A stretch of 64,000 nucleotides of DNA from Stegostoma tigrinum (taxonomy: Eukaryota), in the NCBI RefSeq assembly GCF_030684315.1, contig NC_081370.1, positions 16,260,106-16,324,105 of the forward strand, given 5' to 3'. The notes beneath the pieces were generated by a model. The model was not told the origin of the DNA. It worked only from the letters and a program-made list of their open reading frames with translations, and searched no databases. Positions 47,876 to 60,609 of this stretch are shown here, in pieces (positions within the stretch are counted from its first letter, which is position 1; each line of letters begins with the position of its first letter). Position numbers and translations under genes: made by a program.

Positions 47876-48544
47876 AAATGGATGCTTTGTTGCACATTCA
47901 TCATCTGTTATACATGGAAGCATACCATTTCTGACCATTAACAATCCACTTCATTCAGTGCCAAACCCACCATTGCAGCCATTTCCGTTCCAATGCTCCA
48001 GTTTGAGTTCAGACCAGGAGATTCTCCTTTCATATGAGACCAGAGACATGTGGGCGTATCTGGATATCCCAACCCTGCAGCTTTGTGGGTCGCAGGTTCA
48101 GATGTCCTGGCTGATAGACACTGCACAGGTCCTGTAGCAGAGTTATGGTGAAATCTTTGTGGTGACAGATTTGTGGATCTTCTTGGCTGTCAAAACGTGT
48201 TCAACTTGTGAAATAGCAATGGAATCAAGCTCTTGTTAGTTAAGAATTGCAATCTACAGAAGACAACAGTGCCTTGCCAAGCATATCAATGCACAATCAT
48301 AAATCATATAAACCAATTTTGTGGCTTAAAAGATCTCAGACTTAGAGTTGGTGTGTTTATGCCGGTCACATGTGCAACTACAATAGGCTTAAGTTTCTCA
48401 TCTTTCACAGCCTCCAATTGGACAAATCTCTTCCCATAATATTAGCTATGTCTCTACCTGTAATCTGTGAGTATGCTGCATCAATGTTTATTTAGAGAGC
48501 CTCTTCACATAGCAATTTGATGTTCGGATGTTGCAGGAAAAGTC

Positions 48545-50010
48545 ATTCATAGAGTCAGAGAGATGTGCAGCATGGAAACAGATTTTATAAACGTCTATAA
48601 GGTCACCCCTTGACCGTCAACACTCCGGGGAAAATAGCCCCGACCTATTCAGTTGAATTTATCCATGCTGAACAGATATCCTAAATTAGTCTAGTCCCAT
48701 TTTCCAGCATTTGGCCCAGATCTCTCTAAACCCTTCCTTTTCATACACCCATCCAGATGCCTTTTAAATGTTGTAACTGTACCAGCCTCCACCAATTCCT
48801 CTGTCAGTTCATTCCGTACACGCACCACCCTCTGCATGGAAAAGTTGCCCCTTAGGTCCCTTTTAAATCTCTCCCCCTTCGCCTTAAACCTAAGTCCTTT
48901 AGTTTTGGAACCCCCAACCCTGGGGAAAAGACCTTGACTATTTGCCTTATCCATGCCCCACATGATTTATAAATCTCTATAAGGTCACCCCTCAGCCTCC
49001 AACATGACTTCCCAACTCCTATATTCAATACATTGAACAATAAAGGCAAGTGCACCAAATGCCCTCTTTAATAGTATCAGAGATAATGGGAACAGCAGAT
49101 GCTGGAGAATTCCAAGATAATAAAATGTGAGGCTGGCCCTCTTTACTATGCTATTTACCTGCGACTCCACTTTCAAGGAAAGATGAACCTGCACTCCAAG
49201 GTCTCTTCGTTCAGCAACATTCACCAGTTTCTTACCACTAAGTATATAAGTCCTGCCCTGACCTGCCTTTCCAAAATAAAGCACCTCATATTTATCTATA
49301 TTAAATTCCACCTGCCAATCCTCGTTCCATTTATCCATCTGATCAAAGTCAGTTTGCTGTCCACTACATGACCAATTTTGGCGTCATCTGCAAACTGACT
49401 AATCTTACCTCCTATATTCATATACAAATCATTTATATAAATGACAAAAACCAGTTGACCCTGTACTGATCCAGTCCAAAAGGCAACCGTCCTCTATTTC
49501 CTACCTTCAAGCCAATTTTGTATCCAAATGGCTAGCTCTGTCCATGTGATTTGACCTTGGTAACCAGTCTACCATGAGGAACCTTGTCAAAAGCCTTACT
49601 GAAGTCCATGTAGACGATATCCACCGTTCTGTCTTCATCAATCCTCTTGGGCACTTACTCAAAAAGTCAAGTTAGTGAGACACAATTTGCCACACACTAA
49701 GTCATGATCTCGATCCCTAATCAGTCCTTGCCTTTTTAAATACATGTAAATCATGTCCTTCAGAATCCCCTCCAACCACTTGTCCATCACTGATGTCAGG
49801 CTCACCGATCTATCGTTCCCTGGCTTTTCCTTACCACCTTTCTTAAATAATGGTGCCATGTTAGCTAACACCCAGTCTTCCAAGGCCTCACCCATAGATA
49901 TATTTGATACAAATATCTCAACAAATGGCGAGCAGTCCTTAGCTTCCTGCAGAATGCTCGGGTACATCAGATCCGATCCCAGAGATTTATTCACCTTTAC
50001 GCATTTTAAG
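48545..50010 (-). mobile_element. CR1/HER1-type LINE fragment with a ~58-bp Penelope tail insertion (49078-49135)
   Basis: ORFs 49659..50024 (W.LAN.APLFKKGGKEKPGN.RSVSLTSV), 48985..49338, 48691..48963; insertion flanked by gccctcttta repeats at 49061 and 49136. Confidence 0.9.
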
Positions 50011-51054
50011 ATGTTTTTCCTCATACTTTACATCATTTTTTGAACTTGTAAAAAATTTATCCTGGGACCTACTTTGTATTATCTATTTTGTTCATTTTTT
50101 TTGTGTAAATGTGTTTTATCATGTAAATTGCATTCAAAATGGAAAAACATCCCTTGCGCGTTAAATGAATTGAATTTTCATGTTTAAGGAATTAATGTAT
50201 TGTGTGGATTTCATACATTAATTTGGAGATTTGAAGGATACTTTAGCATAACTTGGCATCAGCAAAATGAGATACATTTTCAATTCTAACTTCTGGGTCA
50301 CTTCCATGCAGAACATTCCAGGCCCCAGAAGACTTTACTGTATTACTTGGAGCTACTTGCAAAATTGTGAGAATGAATGAAGTTGAATGCCTTTATACTA
50401 GCTGCTTGTAACTTTGAAGTGTTGATAAATGAAATAACCAGATCATTTTACCATTATTTTAACATCATTCATGGTCTATTCCATAAAGATTGTTGCATTA
50501 AGCCAATCTGAACAACACAATCCTCGATTTAATCCCTGTTCTGTTTCAAAATAATTGGTTTCTGCAGTCATAGTATTTATAGTGTTATAGTTACCTTCAG
50601 TGTCCTTGGGTTAGACTGGGGAAAAATAAACCTTGAGTATGCCTCCCAAAATGTGTGTGTCGTTTTGAGATAAAATAAGGCATGCTCATATTCCATGCTT
50701 CAGTTCAGACTTGATGAAGGCCATTAGCTTGATATACATAGGTTTGTTTGTACGTTTCGACAACAAGAGTCAGAACACGTAGAAGAGATTGAAAGCAATG
50801 CTGTACCTTTTTGAGAAAGGTCAGAAAATGGATGAAGTCTGATGATTGTATATTTGATGGACATCCAATGATTGGCACTCTTCAGTGCTGCATTTTCACG
50901 TAAAATAGAAATGTTTGAAGTTTACAGAACTGAACCTGCAGGATGCAAAGTGATTTGAAACAAAACACCTGCTATTGAACATATCACAATTGAGGAAATC
51001 TTGAGCCATGTAAATATTTCAATCCTTGTCCTACATCAATGTTCCAGTCTTTAG

Positions 51055-52732
51055 ATGCAATAGAAAGGATAGAAAAGGAGGCAAGAAAGAGGGGGTGGGG
51101 AGTTGGTGTTTTTGATCTTGATTAAGGAATACATTACTGCTGTAAATAAGGAAGATATTTCTGAAAAATCGTCCAGTGGATATATGTGGTTAGGAATTAC
51201 AAATAAAAAAGGAAAGATCACTTTAATGGGATTGTACTATAGGCCCCCCCCAATAGTATGAGGGAAACTGAGAAACAAATCTGTAGGGAGAGCTCAGATA
51301 TATGAATGCATAATAGGGATGTAATAATGGGGGATTTTAATTTTTCAAGCATTGACTGGGGCTTCCACAGTGTTAAAAGTTTGGATGGTGAAGAATTTGT
51401 CAAATGTGTTCAAGAAAATTTTCTTTATCCTACTAGAGAAGGAGCAAAACCAGACCTTCTTTTGGGCAATAAGGCAGGACAAGTGACTGAAGTAAGCATG
51501 GGGGACACGTTGGGTCAAGCGATTATAACCTAATAGTTTCAGAATGGTTATGGGAAAGGTTAAGCCTTCCATAAAAATTAAAATATTTATTTGGAGTAAA
51601 GCAAATTTTAGTGGTATGAGACAAGAACTTTCAAAAGTTGATTGGAATAGACTGTTCACCGATAGAAGGACATCTGACAAGTGGGAGGCTTTCAAGAGTG
51701 TGATGATGGGAGTTCGGAGGCGTTATGTTCCTTTAGAGAGAAGGGTAAGGCTGGTAAGACCAGCAATGCTCCATAGGGATCAGTTGTGGGTCTTCTTTTG
51801 TTTGTCATTTATATAAATGATTTGGATGTGAATACAGGAGGCAATTTTGTGGAAGACACCAAAATTGGTGGCACAGCAGACAGTGAAGAAAGTTTTCTAA
51901 GTGACAAAGCGATCTTGATGAAATGGGTCAACGGGTTGAAAAATGGCAAATGGAGTTCAATCTGGGTAAGTGTGACATACTGCACTTTGGTACAACAAAC
52001 AAGGATAGGGCTTAAACAGTTATTGGTATGGCCTTGGGTAGTGTTGTAGAAGCGAGGGACCTAGGGGTGCAGGTGCATAATTCATTGAAGTTTGTGTCAC
52101 ATATAGACAGGATGGTGAAAAAGGTATTTGGCACACTTGCCTTCATTGCTCAGTCCTTTGAGTATAGGAGTTGGGAAGTCATATTGAGGTTGTACAGGAC
52201 ATTGGTCAAGTCTCTTCTGGAATACTGTATCCAGTTCTGGTTGCCCCAATTCTAGGCAGGATATTATCAAGCCAGAGAATGTTCAGAAGAGATTTATTAG
52301 GATGTTGTCAGATATTCAAGGTTTGATTTATAAAGAAAGGCTTGGACTTTTATTGCTGGAGTGTAGAAGGTTAGGAGGCAACCTGATAGATGTTTATAAA
52401 ATAATGACGGGCATAGATAGTTAACCATAGTTGTCTTTTCCTTAGGATGGAAGATTTCAAGACTAGGGGCCACATTTTTAAAGTGAAATGAGAGAGATTT
52501 AAAAAGACATGAGGCAGATTTTTTACACAAAGGGTAGTTCACATGTGGAATTTCCTGATGAAGTGGTGGATGTAGGTACAATTACAATGGTTAAAAGACA
52601 TTTGGATAGATACACGAGATGGAAAGATTTGGAGGAATATAGGCCAGAGCAGGGGAGTGGGGCTAGTTTAGTTTGGGGTAATGTTCGGCTTGGACTGATT
52701 GGACCGAAGGGCCTGTTTCCATGCTGTATGTG
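51055..52732 (+). mobile_element. CR1/HER1-type LINE (APE part joined to RT 3' part by internal deletion)
   Basis: GL.YYRPP, VIMGDFNF..IDW, PTREGA..DLLLGN (endonuclease); LLFVIYINDLD, RDLGVQVHNSLK, LYRTLVKSLLEYCIQFW; tail ggaccgaagggcctgtttccatgctgtatg. Confidence 0.92.
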
Positions 52733-53392
52733 AAAAAGCGGGACAGATTTTAAATTTGTCTGACTGGCAGAAACTGAATATCCTCTCTCACAGCTTACTT
52801 ATCCAACTTTCAGGTATCTGATTTTCATAATACCGAAGTAAGTGAACTGCTTTCATTGAACACTTATTTTAGTTGAGGAGCTGGGTGGTGGAATGTTAAT
52901 GAGGACAGGTTGCTAAAATGGACTGGGTTGTATTTCCTGAGAATGGGGCCTGAGCATTCCACCAGCTGGTCACCAAGGAGTTGAAATCTCCCCAAAACAT
53001 CTACTCAACTTCGCCCTTCATTATCCCATCAAAGTCTTCATGTCTTCTGGTGAATGCAATCACCAGAGAATCTCATTGCACCACCTAACACTCCATCAGA
53101 GATGTGCGTGCACTAAATTTAAGTAGGCCTTAGGGTGAAAGCACAGTAACCTTTAGGGTATTGGTTATCATACAGTCACAGAGTCATACAGCACAAAAAC
53201 AGACCCTTCAGACCAATTCTGTGGTGTGTGGCATATAGCTGCCTCTTGTTAGGTCAAAACCCAAAATGTTGTTTTCACATACAAGTGAGATGGTATCCAT
53301 TCCTGAGAGTCCACTATAGCATTTGAAGGAAATAAGGCCATTTACCTTTTTTAAGTCTTTGTTGCCAATGGTGTCAAATCTCTCTGTCTAAT

Positions 53393-53423
<31 letters not shown>

Positions 53424-54184
53424 CTGTGTGTTTGGGGGGGTGGGTAGGGGCATGGGGGGAATACATGTAAGGCACACTGATAATTTCTTCTGGTGTCCAT
53501 ACATTTGAGTGATTACTGCATTACCAGTAGGCAAGGAGGAGCAGAGGTTCTGTGTTCCACTGAGCATAGTACGTTGTAAAATGGGCATGAGATTCAAACT
53601 GGCCTGTTCTGACTGGGCAGGTTGAGTTAAAATAACCCACAGTGGGCTTGGTTTATCTCCAAGTTATTTTTAAACACAAAATTAATATCACCCAATTTCC
53701 TGTTAGATACTGGATGTCTCAATCTCTTCTGCCAAGGATGGATTGGAGTTCAGAAACTAGAATCAAGCAGACCGTTAATTTAAACCTACAGCATCATTCA
53801 ACCTCATTGTCAAGAGGAGTTTAAAGTGAGGTTGAACAACATTAGCAGCAATGCATTAGAAAATGTTGGCAGCACTCATTCTTCCCAAAAGGATCCTGGA
53901 TCTTTCAACAGCTAGGTGACCTTTTGAATAATAAAATTTATAATTAAACACATTTTAAAATTATAGATAGATTTTAAAACTAATATGAACTGTTGGCAAT
54001 AAGTAACACCTTTCCCAGCCCATCAAGGCTTATACATTCATGGTTTGAAGATCTGTCTCATACCACCAGTCTAAGCACTCTTTATTTGTATTTGAACAGA
54101 ACAGTGAATGCATCGGTGCACAGCCCACATTAAAAAAAACAAAATAAACTAAACAGTGCAAGCAGAGGATAAGTTAATACAAAA

Positions 54185-54190
54185 TTTATT
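54185..54190 (-). promoter_or_regulatory. KCNC1: Candidate KCNC1 polyadenylation signal
   Basis: Minus-strand AATAAA ~850 nt after the Kv3.1b stop, followed ~30 nt later by a GU/U-rich tract (tgtttagtttattttgtttttttt); a second AATAAA at 54081-54086. Confidence 0.5.
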
Positions 54191-55041
54191 TCATGCTAGA
54201 CTTTTTTTGCATATCATATTGTGCATGCACGTATTCAGAACTAAATTGCATACAGTGCTGAAGTATTGATTCCAACTTTAGGAGTCCAAATTGGAGTGAA
54301 GTTATTCGCTGACTCGAGCTGGCAGTCCTGCCACAGCAAACTGACACGGATAAATTGATACTGTTCAATGGAATGCACACTTGCTAATTGAGAGTCTGTA
54401 AGTCTGAAATATACAGTAGTAAATGGAAAGAGGCCAAGACCATCTGGATGAATAGTTAATATCCATGGAGATACACATGTCCAGAAAATACAAGATCACT
54501 AGCATGCCAACCTAATCAGAGACAGGGGCAAAAGTGCTTTCTGAATACATAATTTTAAAGGCTTGTATCCGATGTAGCTCTGAAGCATAGAGGAATGGTC
54601 AATATGACCGATCGCCATGTACATATATTTTTCTCTAATCTTGCACTGATTCATGGATTGTACAAAAAAAGCAATTCATCGCAAATAATGTAGTTAATTA
54701 TAATTCTTTTACATTATGGTTACATCAGAGTTATGTAAAATTAAAAGAGTTTGAATAAAACAGAACTTCTGATTTAAAGGTTAATAATAGAATTACAGTT
54801 TTTATAACATGCAGTTCATGCTGGCAAATAATTACAAATCTTCTACAGTTTTTTTTCCAGAAACAATCTGTTGTAGAAACATCCAACAACTCTGGGTCAA
54901 ATCTGTAACATACAGTGGTCCTTAGAAATCTGTTTGGCTTGGAGTAGTTTTGCTTCTCCTAAAGGGGTTGGTCGTCTTCTCTTGAAATGTTCCCATTGGG
55001 CAGATAATTGCCCACAGAGCGTCCAATTCTGTCCCAGCACA

Positions 55042-55106
55042 TTAAGTTACTCTGACTGCCCCTGCTTGCATATATTTAGCAATGACAGGGCTGCCTTTGC
55101 AGAAAT
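55042..55106 (-). CDS. KCNC1: KCNC1 terminal coding exon, Kv3.1b-type tail
   Basis: Acceptor ctttgcatgcag|; phase 1; (D)[20 protein letters not shown] versus mammalian [21 protein letters not shown]. Confidence 0.95.
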
Positions 55107-55227
55107 CTGCATGCAAAGAATACAGTGAATACTTGAGCTTCCTTCCCCTGCCCTCCAACATATATGTGGCATTTTGTTTCTGTTAAATAAAATGATAGCT
55201 ACATGCAGAGGCGGCAGTGTCTTTCTT

Positions 55228-55361
55228 CTAAAGACCTTTGCATGCACCCGGACTAATTGGTACCTCTACAAAGTATTGCTTGCAACCGGTTTGGCTTCCA
55301 TGCAATGGCTCAAACTGCATGTTTGCCTGAACTCCTTCAGGGTCCAATGGCTCAAAAGATC
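55228..55361 (-). CDS. KCNC1: Possible further alternative terminal exon of KCNC1
   Basis: Acceptor gatttctttctcag|; phase 1 open for 43 codons (G)SFEPLDPEGVQANMQFEPLHGSQTGCKQYFVEVPISPGACKGL*; no convincing homology recognised. Confidence 0.3.
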
Positions 55362-55749
55362 CTGAGAAAGAAATCTTCAAACGTTGACCAGGTGCAGCAG
55401 CAGACATAAAGTTTACCCATTCCCAAAAAGCCAGTAAATTCATAATTGGAAAGCTAAGCACCCATAGCATTTGGGCTGCACCAACAATTATTGGGAACTG
55501 CATGTGGCTGCATAACCTTCAACTATGCACCAAACACATGCAGCAAATGGACCACCGGTGCCTCTGTGTCCCTGCATAATGTCATTTAGAAACTACCATG
55601 GTTCGTTCCACCTAACGTCAACAGTAGAACCACCAGAAGCAAGGTGCTACCCAGAGACATGCGATCTTCAGACTTATTACCTGGTTTTATGCAAGACAGT
55701 ATAGGCTGTAGGACTAAAGCTTTGGACCATTCTCAGTTACTAATCCATG

Positions 55750-55889
55750 CTATAAAATGGATGGTATGGGAGACGGAGAATGCCTCAATGGACAAGGAGA
55801 GCTGTAGAGCGAAGAAGACACTGAAGACAATTTTAGTATATTTCTGCTCATGCCAGCTCTGTTGTTTAGGCTCCTTGAGTTTTCAAAAC
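55750..55889 (-). CDS. KCNC1: KCNC1 alternative terminal exon, KCNC2/KCNC3-type SRSLNN...PSIL tail
   Basis: Acceptor ttgcatttttccttacataaag|; phase 1 matches exon 3; (G)[45 protein letters not shown] versus recalled human KCNC2 [45 protein letters not shown]. Confidence 0.85.
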
Positions 55890-58708
55890 CTTTATGTAAG
55901 GAAAAATGCAAAGTACAGCATTGGATCAACAATAGAATGGATAATGATGAGTCTACATCATTGCCAGTCTGGTAAAGCATCTCCATGCATTTGCATGCTC
56001 AGAGTAGTATCACCGTTAATGAAAGACAAAGAGCAGTTACTAGGGCTCGCTCCTACCTCCAAGGTTCATAATTTTTATTTCACCAGACAGTATTTCTTAA
56101 GAAAGCACTCGGGTGATGCAATAGCTTTGAATGTTACATTGGACATGTTGTTCATAGTGCTTGCCCTTGCAGTATTCTGATTGTAGTTCAGTTTCAGGGA
56201 ACTATTAAACTTTGTTTAGTCAAAATATAATTCATTCACTGATTTAAGAGGCTAGGACTGTCAGTTTTAGGTAAATTATTACAACAGCACAGCTAACAGG
56301 TTAAAAAATTGAACAACATATATTCCTTTGTATCATCCCTGAGATGGCAACAATTCACTCAAACTTCATCCAAGTGCAGCAAACGGACAACAAAAATGTA
56401 ACTGGACTGCAAGTGGAAATAGCTGCCAAGTCCAATTCAGCTAAGCTTCTGGCCTCCACAGATAGACAATTTCCATGTTCCCACATTTCCTTTGCCACTA
56501 TTGATTACTTATATTAAACTGATGGTGCTCAACATTTGGCAATATTTCAAATGGAGTCGGGAAAATGTTTCCAAATCAAAGTTACGTCATGGCTGGTGAT
56601 GTGAGAACAGTTGGCAGCCCTTACTCTAAAGTGGAGTCGACTTGCCAAGACAAATGGAAACATGGGCTTTTGAGACTTAAACTGTAGTACACAAATGTCT
56701 GAGGTGCATCAAACAGGGCAATTTTGAACTGGTAAATATTGACTTAAAAATAATTTTTGATTAGAGAACAAAAATACAGAAAGCAAATAAACAGTTGCTA
56801 TGTTGTGTTGTAGATCTTTTCTGAGGTAGGAATTATAAAATGAGAAAGTCAGTTATTTTCAGATACCTAGTTATAGTTACCATTGGAGACAAGTGAGAAG
56901 TGAAATTAATCTAAACTGTTACCATAGCCATGGCAGAGCCTAAATGGAGATATTACTGGAAAATTTTTGAAAGATTCATATACACAGTTTAAACTTCTCA
57001 TGTGGATTTTGAACATAGCAAGATGGAAGATTTTGGTCCTGAAGAAACAACTTTTTCCATTCAGCAATGACCATATCAAGCACTCCTAGGTTGGGCATTA
57101 TATGTCTAATGGCTAATTTAGAGGAGGAGTGGAACTCTTTCTAACCTGCTTCAGCAATATCCCACTGCCCTTAGCTTAGAGAGGGCTGTCTGTAATGCAC
57201 TTTCATGCATTTGCCCACACCCTCCAGCATGTCAATTTGCCAAATTAGGTTTAAAAGTTTCAGTGCAGAAGGATCAATCTCATCCAGAAGTGCTCAAGAC
57301 TGTCCAGACTTACTGCTCAAAAAAAAAGAGGATTTTGCATCTTATCAGTATAACAGTGAAATGAACCCAGTTTGCAAAGGTAAAAGATGAGCACCTAATC
57401 ACCAATGTACACCACTACTCTCTTTCCATTTGGCAGCTTTCGATTTTCAAACTAGGAAAGTGCTACATTTTTACATATATCAGGGATGTGGTTAAAATTG
57501 CTTCATTCCCAACAGAAAATGAATGCATCAAAAATATAAGGTAATTCAATAATTTTGAGTTAGTGACCTAGTCAGCAAGGTGTTAACTCTATTTCTACAT
57601 ATTCAACTCCCTAAGACACGAACAATGAAATAAATGTCATAAATAATGAAAATATGTAAACACTAAAATAACTTGAACAAAAAAATGGAAAGCTCAGTGT
57701 ACTGGTAAAATAAGCTGCGCCAAAGGTATTTTACTTGGATTTATTTGCTAAGTGAATAACTAAAAAATGGGTCAGCCAATTGGCTTTATCACATTTCAAT
57801 CCATAGAAATCCTTCCATAGGTCATCAGTGTCAACTCAGTGATGAAAACCAGAGTGATACAAGTTTGGGTGTTATGAGGTTAAGTCCCATGATATCTCGC
57901 TCTTTTTAATGCCTGGAGTGAGCTGAAGGAATAACTGGGAACTCTTTAGTCTTTCATATATGTAGGAATTGGCTTCTTTTACATGCCAATTTGATACTAT
58001 TCTGAAGTCCATTGAAGCGTTTGAAGACTAGGCATGCAACCAATTCCATTTCAAACATGCACAAAAAACTTAACATTGAACTGATCTACAAAACACGTAC
58101 AGGATGAATATAAGCTGAAAGGGTTCCATCGTTCATGCTGGTAGAAACACACTTCCACGGGCCAACAATATGCTGACATTGAAACACACTAGTGAATTAC
58201 TCTTTAGCCAATCTGTCCAATACGGAATCAAATTCAACACTTTGCTACAAAGATAATTTTAGCTGAGGTTTTTGAGCTACTTTCTTATGAAAGTGTTGTG
58301 ATCATTTTTTTTAGTCTGGCTTTTGATTTACTTTATAAATTATATTTACATATTAAATGTTCTCTATAGAAGACTGTCCATCAGAAATGACACATGAAGC
58401 TCCTATATACCACACCAATGGTATGGTTTGGATAATACTGTCTCTCTATGTATAGGTCTATATATATACACATATATATACAATACACCAGTGAGAGGAC
58501 TTGAATGAAGTTCTACACTTTAATTCATGGCGCTTAGCGTCTTTCTAAAATCTCTATGGAATTTCATAGACAATTACTCTACACAGCTAAGCATTGCTTA
58601 TTAATCCACGATATACCTTTTAAATGCAGCTGCATATCCTAGCAATTAGATTAACAGATTGATATGTATACCTATAAGGTTACTGTATCTTGCCTGTGTG
58701 TTACGTAC

Positions 58709-58906
58709 CCTTTCTTATTCCTCCATCGGGTGGACATGCAAATTCCCCGGTTGATAAGAGGAAGCAGGGTCCGTCTCTGGCATTCCTCTCCCTGGTGTTA
58801 GAACGAGTGAAGGGGAGGTGATCCTCAGGCGTCATTGCCTGGTCAATATGAGGACAATCTTCGTTTGCCAATGCTGCATTTGCTGCATCACCGTTCTGTT
58901 TAAAAT
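58709..58906 (-). CDS. KCNC1: KCNC1 exon 3 (198 bp, phase 1-1)
   Basis: ttgtatatttgaag| ... AAGG|gtacgt; (D)[65 protein letters not shown], matching Kv3.1b. Confidence 0.96.
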
Positions 58907-60327
58907 CTTCAAATATACAAGCAAAAGCTGAATGAAATGCTAGGTACTGTGTTTGCGTTTCTTACTAAAGGTTAGTAGAATCTACGCTTTGTAACGCTCT
59001 ATGCAATCCACTAAATTACTCCAGAGGCAGCACATTCAGCCAGTAAAATATTTTGCATTTGCAAATAAAATCACACAAATATAGTAAGCAACGGCACCAA
59101 AATGTGAAATAGGTTTCATACTTCTAAAGGAAAAATGTGCATGGAATAGAATGAGCAGAACTTTGAAAGACTGAAACAATCAAGTTCTAAACATTTGCTG
59201 ACGAAGAAGTCTAAATACACACTACTATGATAAATGTGTTGTACAGGGGATACTTTTAAGTAATTTCAATAGTAGGAAATGACCATCAAAAAGTATTGAC
59301 TGCCGATACTCTGGCCAGTGGGCGTAATTCAAATGTGATTTGGGATAGATCAGGTCAAGCCTGTTGATCAAAGATTGGTACTATATTTGATGTATAGATT
59401 GAAACTTTAAGAAATATCTTTTTCACCCACAATCATGTCCTTGATTTGTGTGGCAGGCAGCAAGGCTTTTAATCATCAGTGCGGGCTTATTACCATGTGG
59501 CATCAAACAGCAATAGTCTATCAGCCACTCGCATCCATCAGTAAAATCCAACTTCAATTCAATGCAGGGTCACCATTTTCATTATTAGCAATTACTTTCC
59601 TTTGATCACAAATACACATCCCAACATCACAAACTGTGTGAATTCACAACATCTATCACTTGCACATGACACTGTCACAATGAAGAGGTGCAGGGCTTTC
59701 CTTTCCCCAAAATCCAAAACTGCTCAGTAAATACAACGAGTGACTTTGTGTAGGTATGTGAACATGGCAAACAGTGAATGTTAAAAGAAGGGTACAAGAA
59801 AAATATTGAAGTAATAATGGAGAGAAGATGACAGCATTATGAAGAGCACAGAAAGAAACCTGAAGAAGACATGGAGGTGGACAGTGGGCTAGCGAATAGA
59901 TTTTTCCAGCATTCAGTAACTGGATATACTTGGCTACATTGCAATTGGGGAGTTTAAGTACCAGCTCATTAAGTAAAGATTTATGATTTAATCTTGCTTG
60001 TTTATGCTGTCAGACCAAAAGCAGAATGGCTACAATGTATCAAAGTGCTAACTGTGTGATTTTTTTCCTATTCTCTCTCCACCTCTCTGGTGACCTTTAT
60101 TAATCAATATATATTGACCATTTGTGGATAGTACATAGACATCATGGGCAAAGGGATTGTTGCCAGCTGGAGACAGTTAGGTAAAGAACAGTAGTGCAAA
60201 ATATGCATTTTACATTGGCCTTGTTCAATTAAATTAAACTGCCACATAGAAGAGACATCACTCGAAAAAAAAGTTCCTCTGGGAATTCAGTAATTTACTT
60301 TACTCTTTAGCGTGGTTAACTTGCTTT

Positions 60328-60557
60328 GGGGATCCGTTAGCTCAGTTGGCTGGGTCGCAAATTGCAATGTAGTGTGATACCAGCAGCATAGGTTCAATTC
60401 TTGTCTGGGACATGGTTACCATGAAGGACTTCCCTTCTCAATCCCTCCCCTTGCCTGAGGTATGGTGACCCTCACTACCGGTCATCTCTTTCTCTCTCTC
60501 TCTGTCTCTAAAGGGAAAGCAGCTCTATGGTTCAGTTGGACTCTGGCAACTTTAATG
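60328..60557 (+). mobile_element. tRNA-derived SINE in the KCNC1 intron
   Basis: ggggatccgttagctcagttggc (A-box), aggttcaattc (B-box), tail ctatggttcagttggactctggcaacttt. Confidence 0.65.
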
Positions 60558-60609
60558 TGCTACCCAACTAATTATTCTCATGCATGTTAATTTGCATGAG
60601 CTGAACCAG

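Noticed and set aside
55644-56180. 178-aa + strand ORF
   Set aside because: Antisense to the KCNC1 alternative exon and intron, GTG start, no domain.
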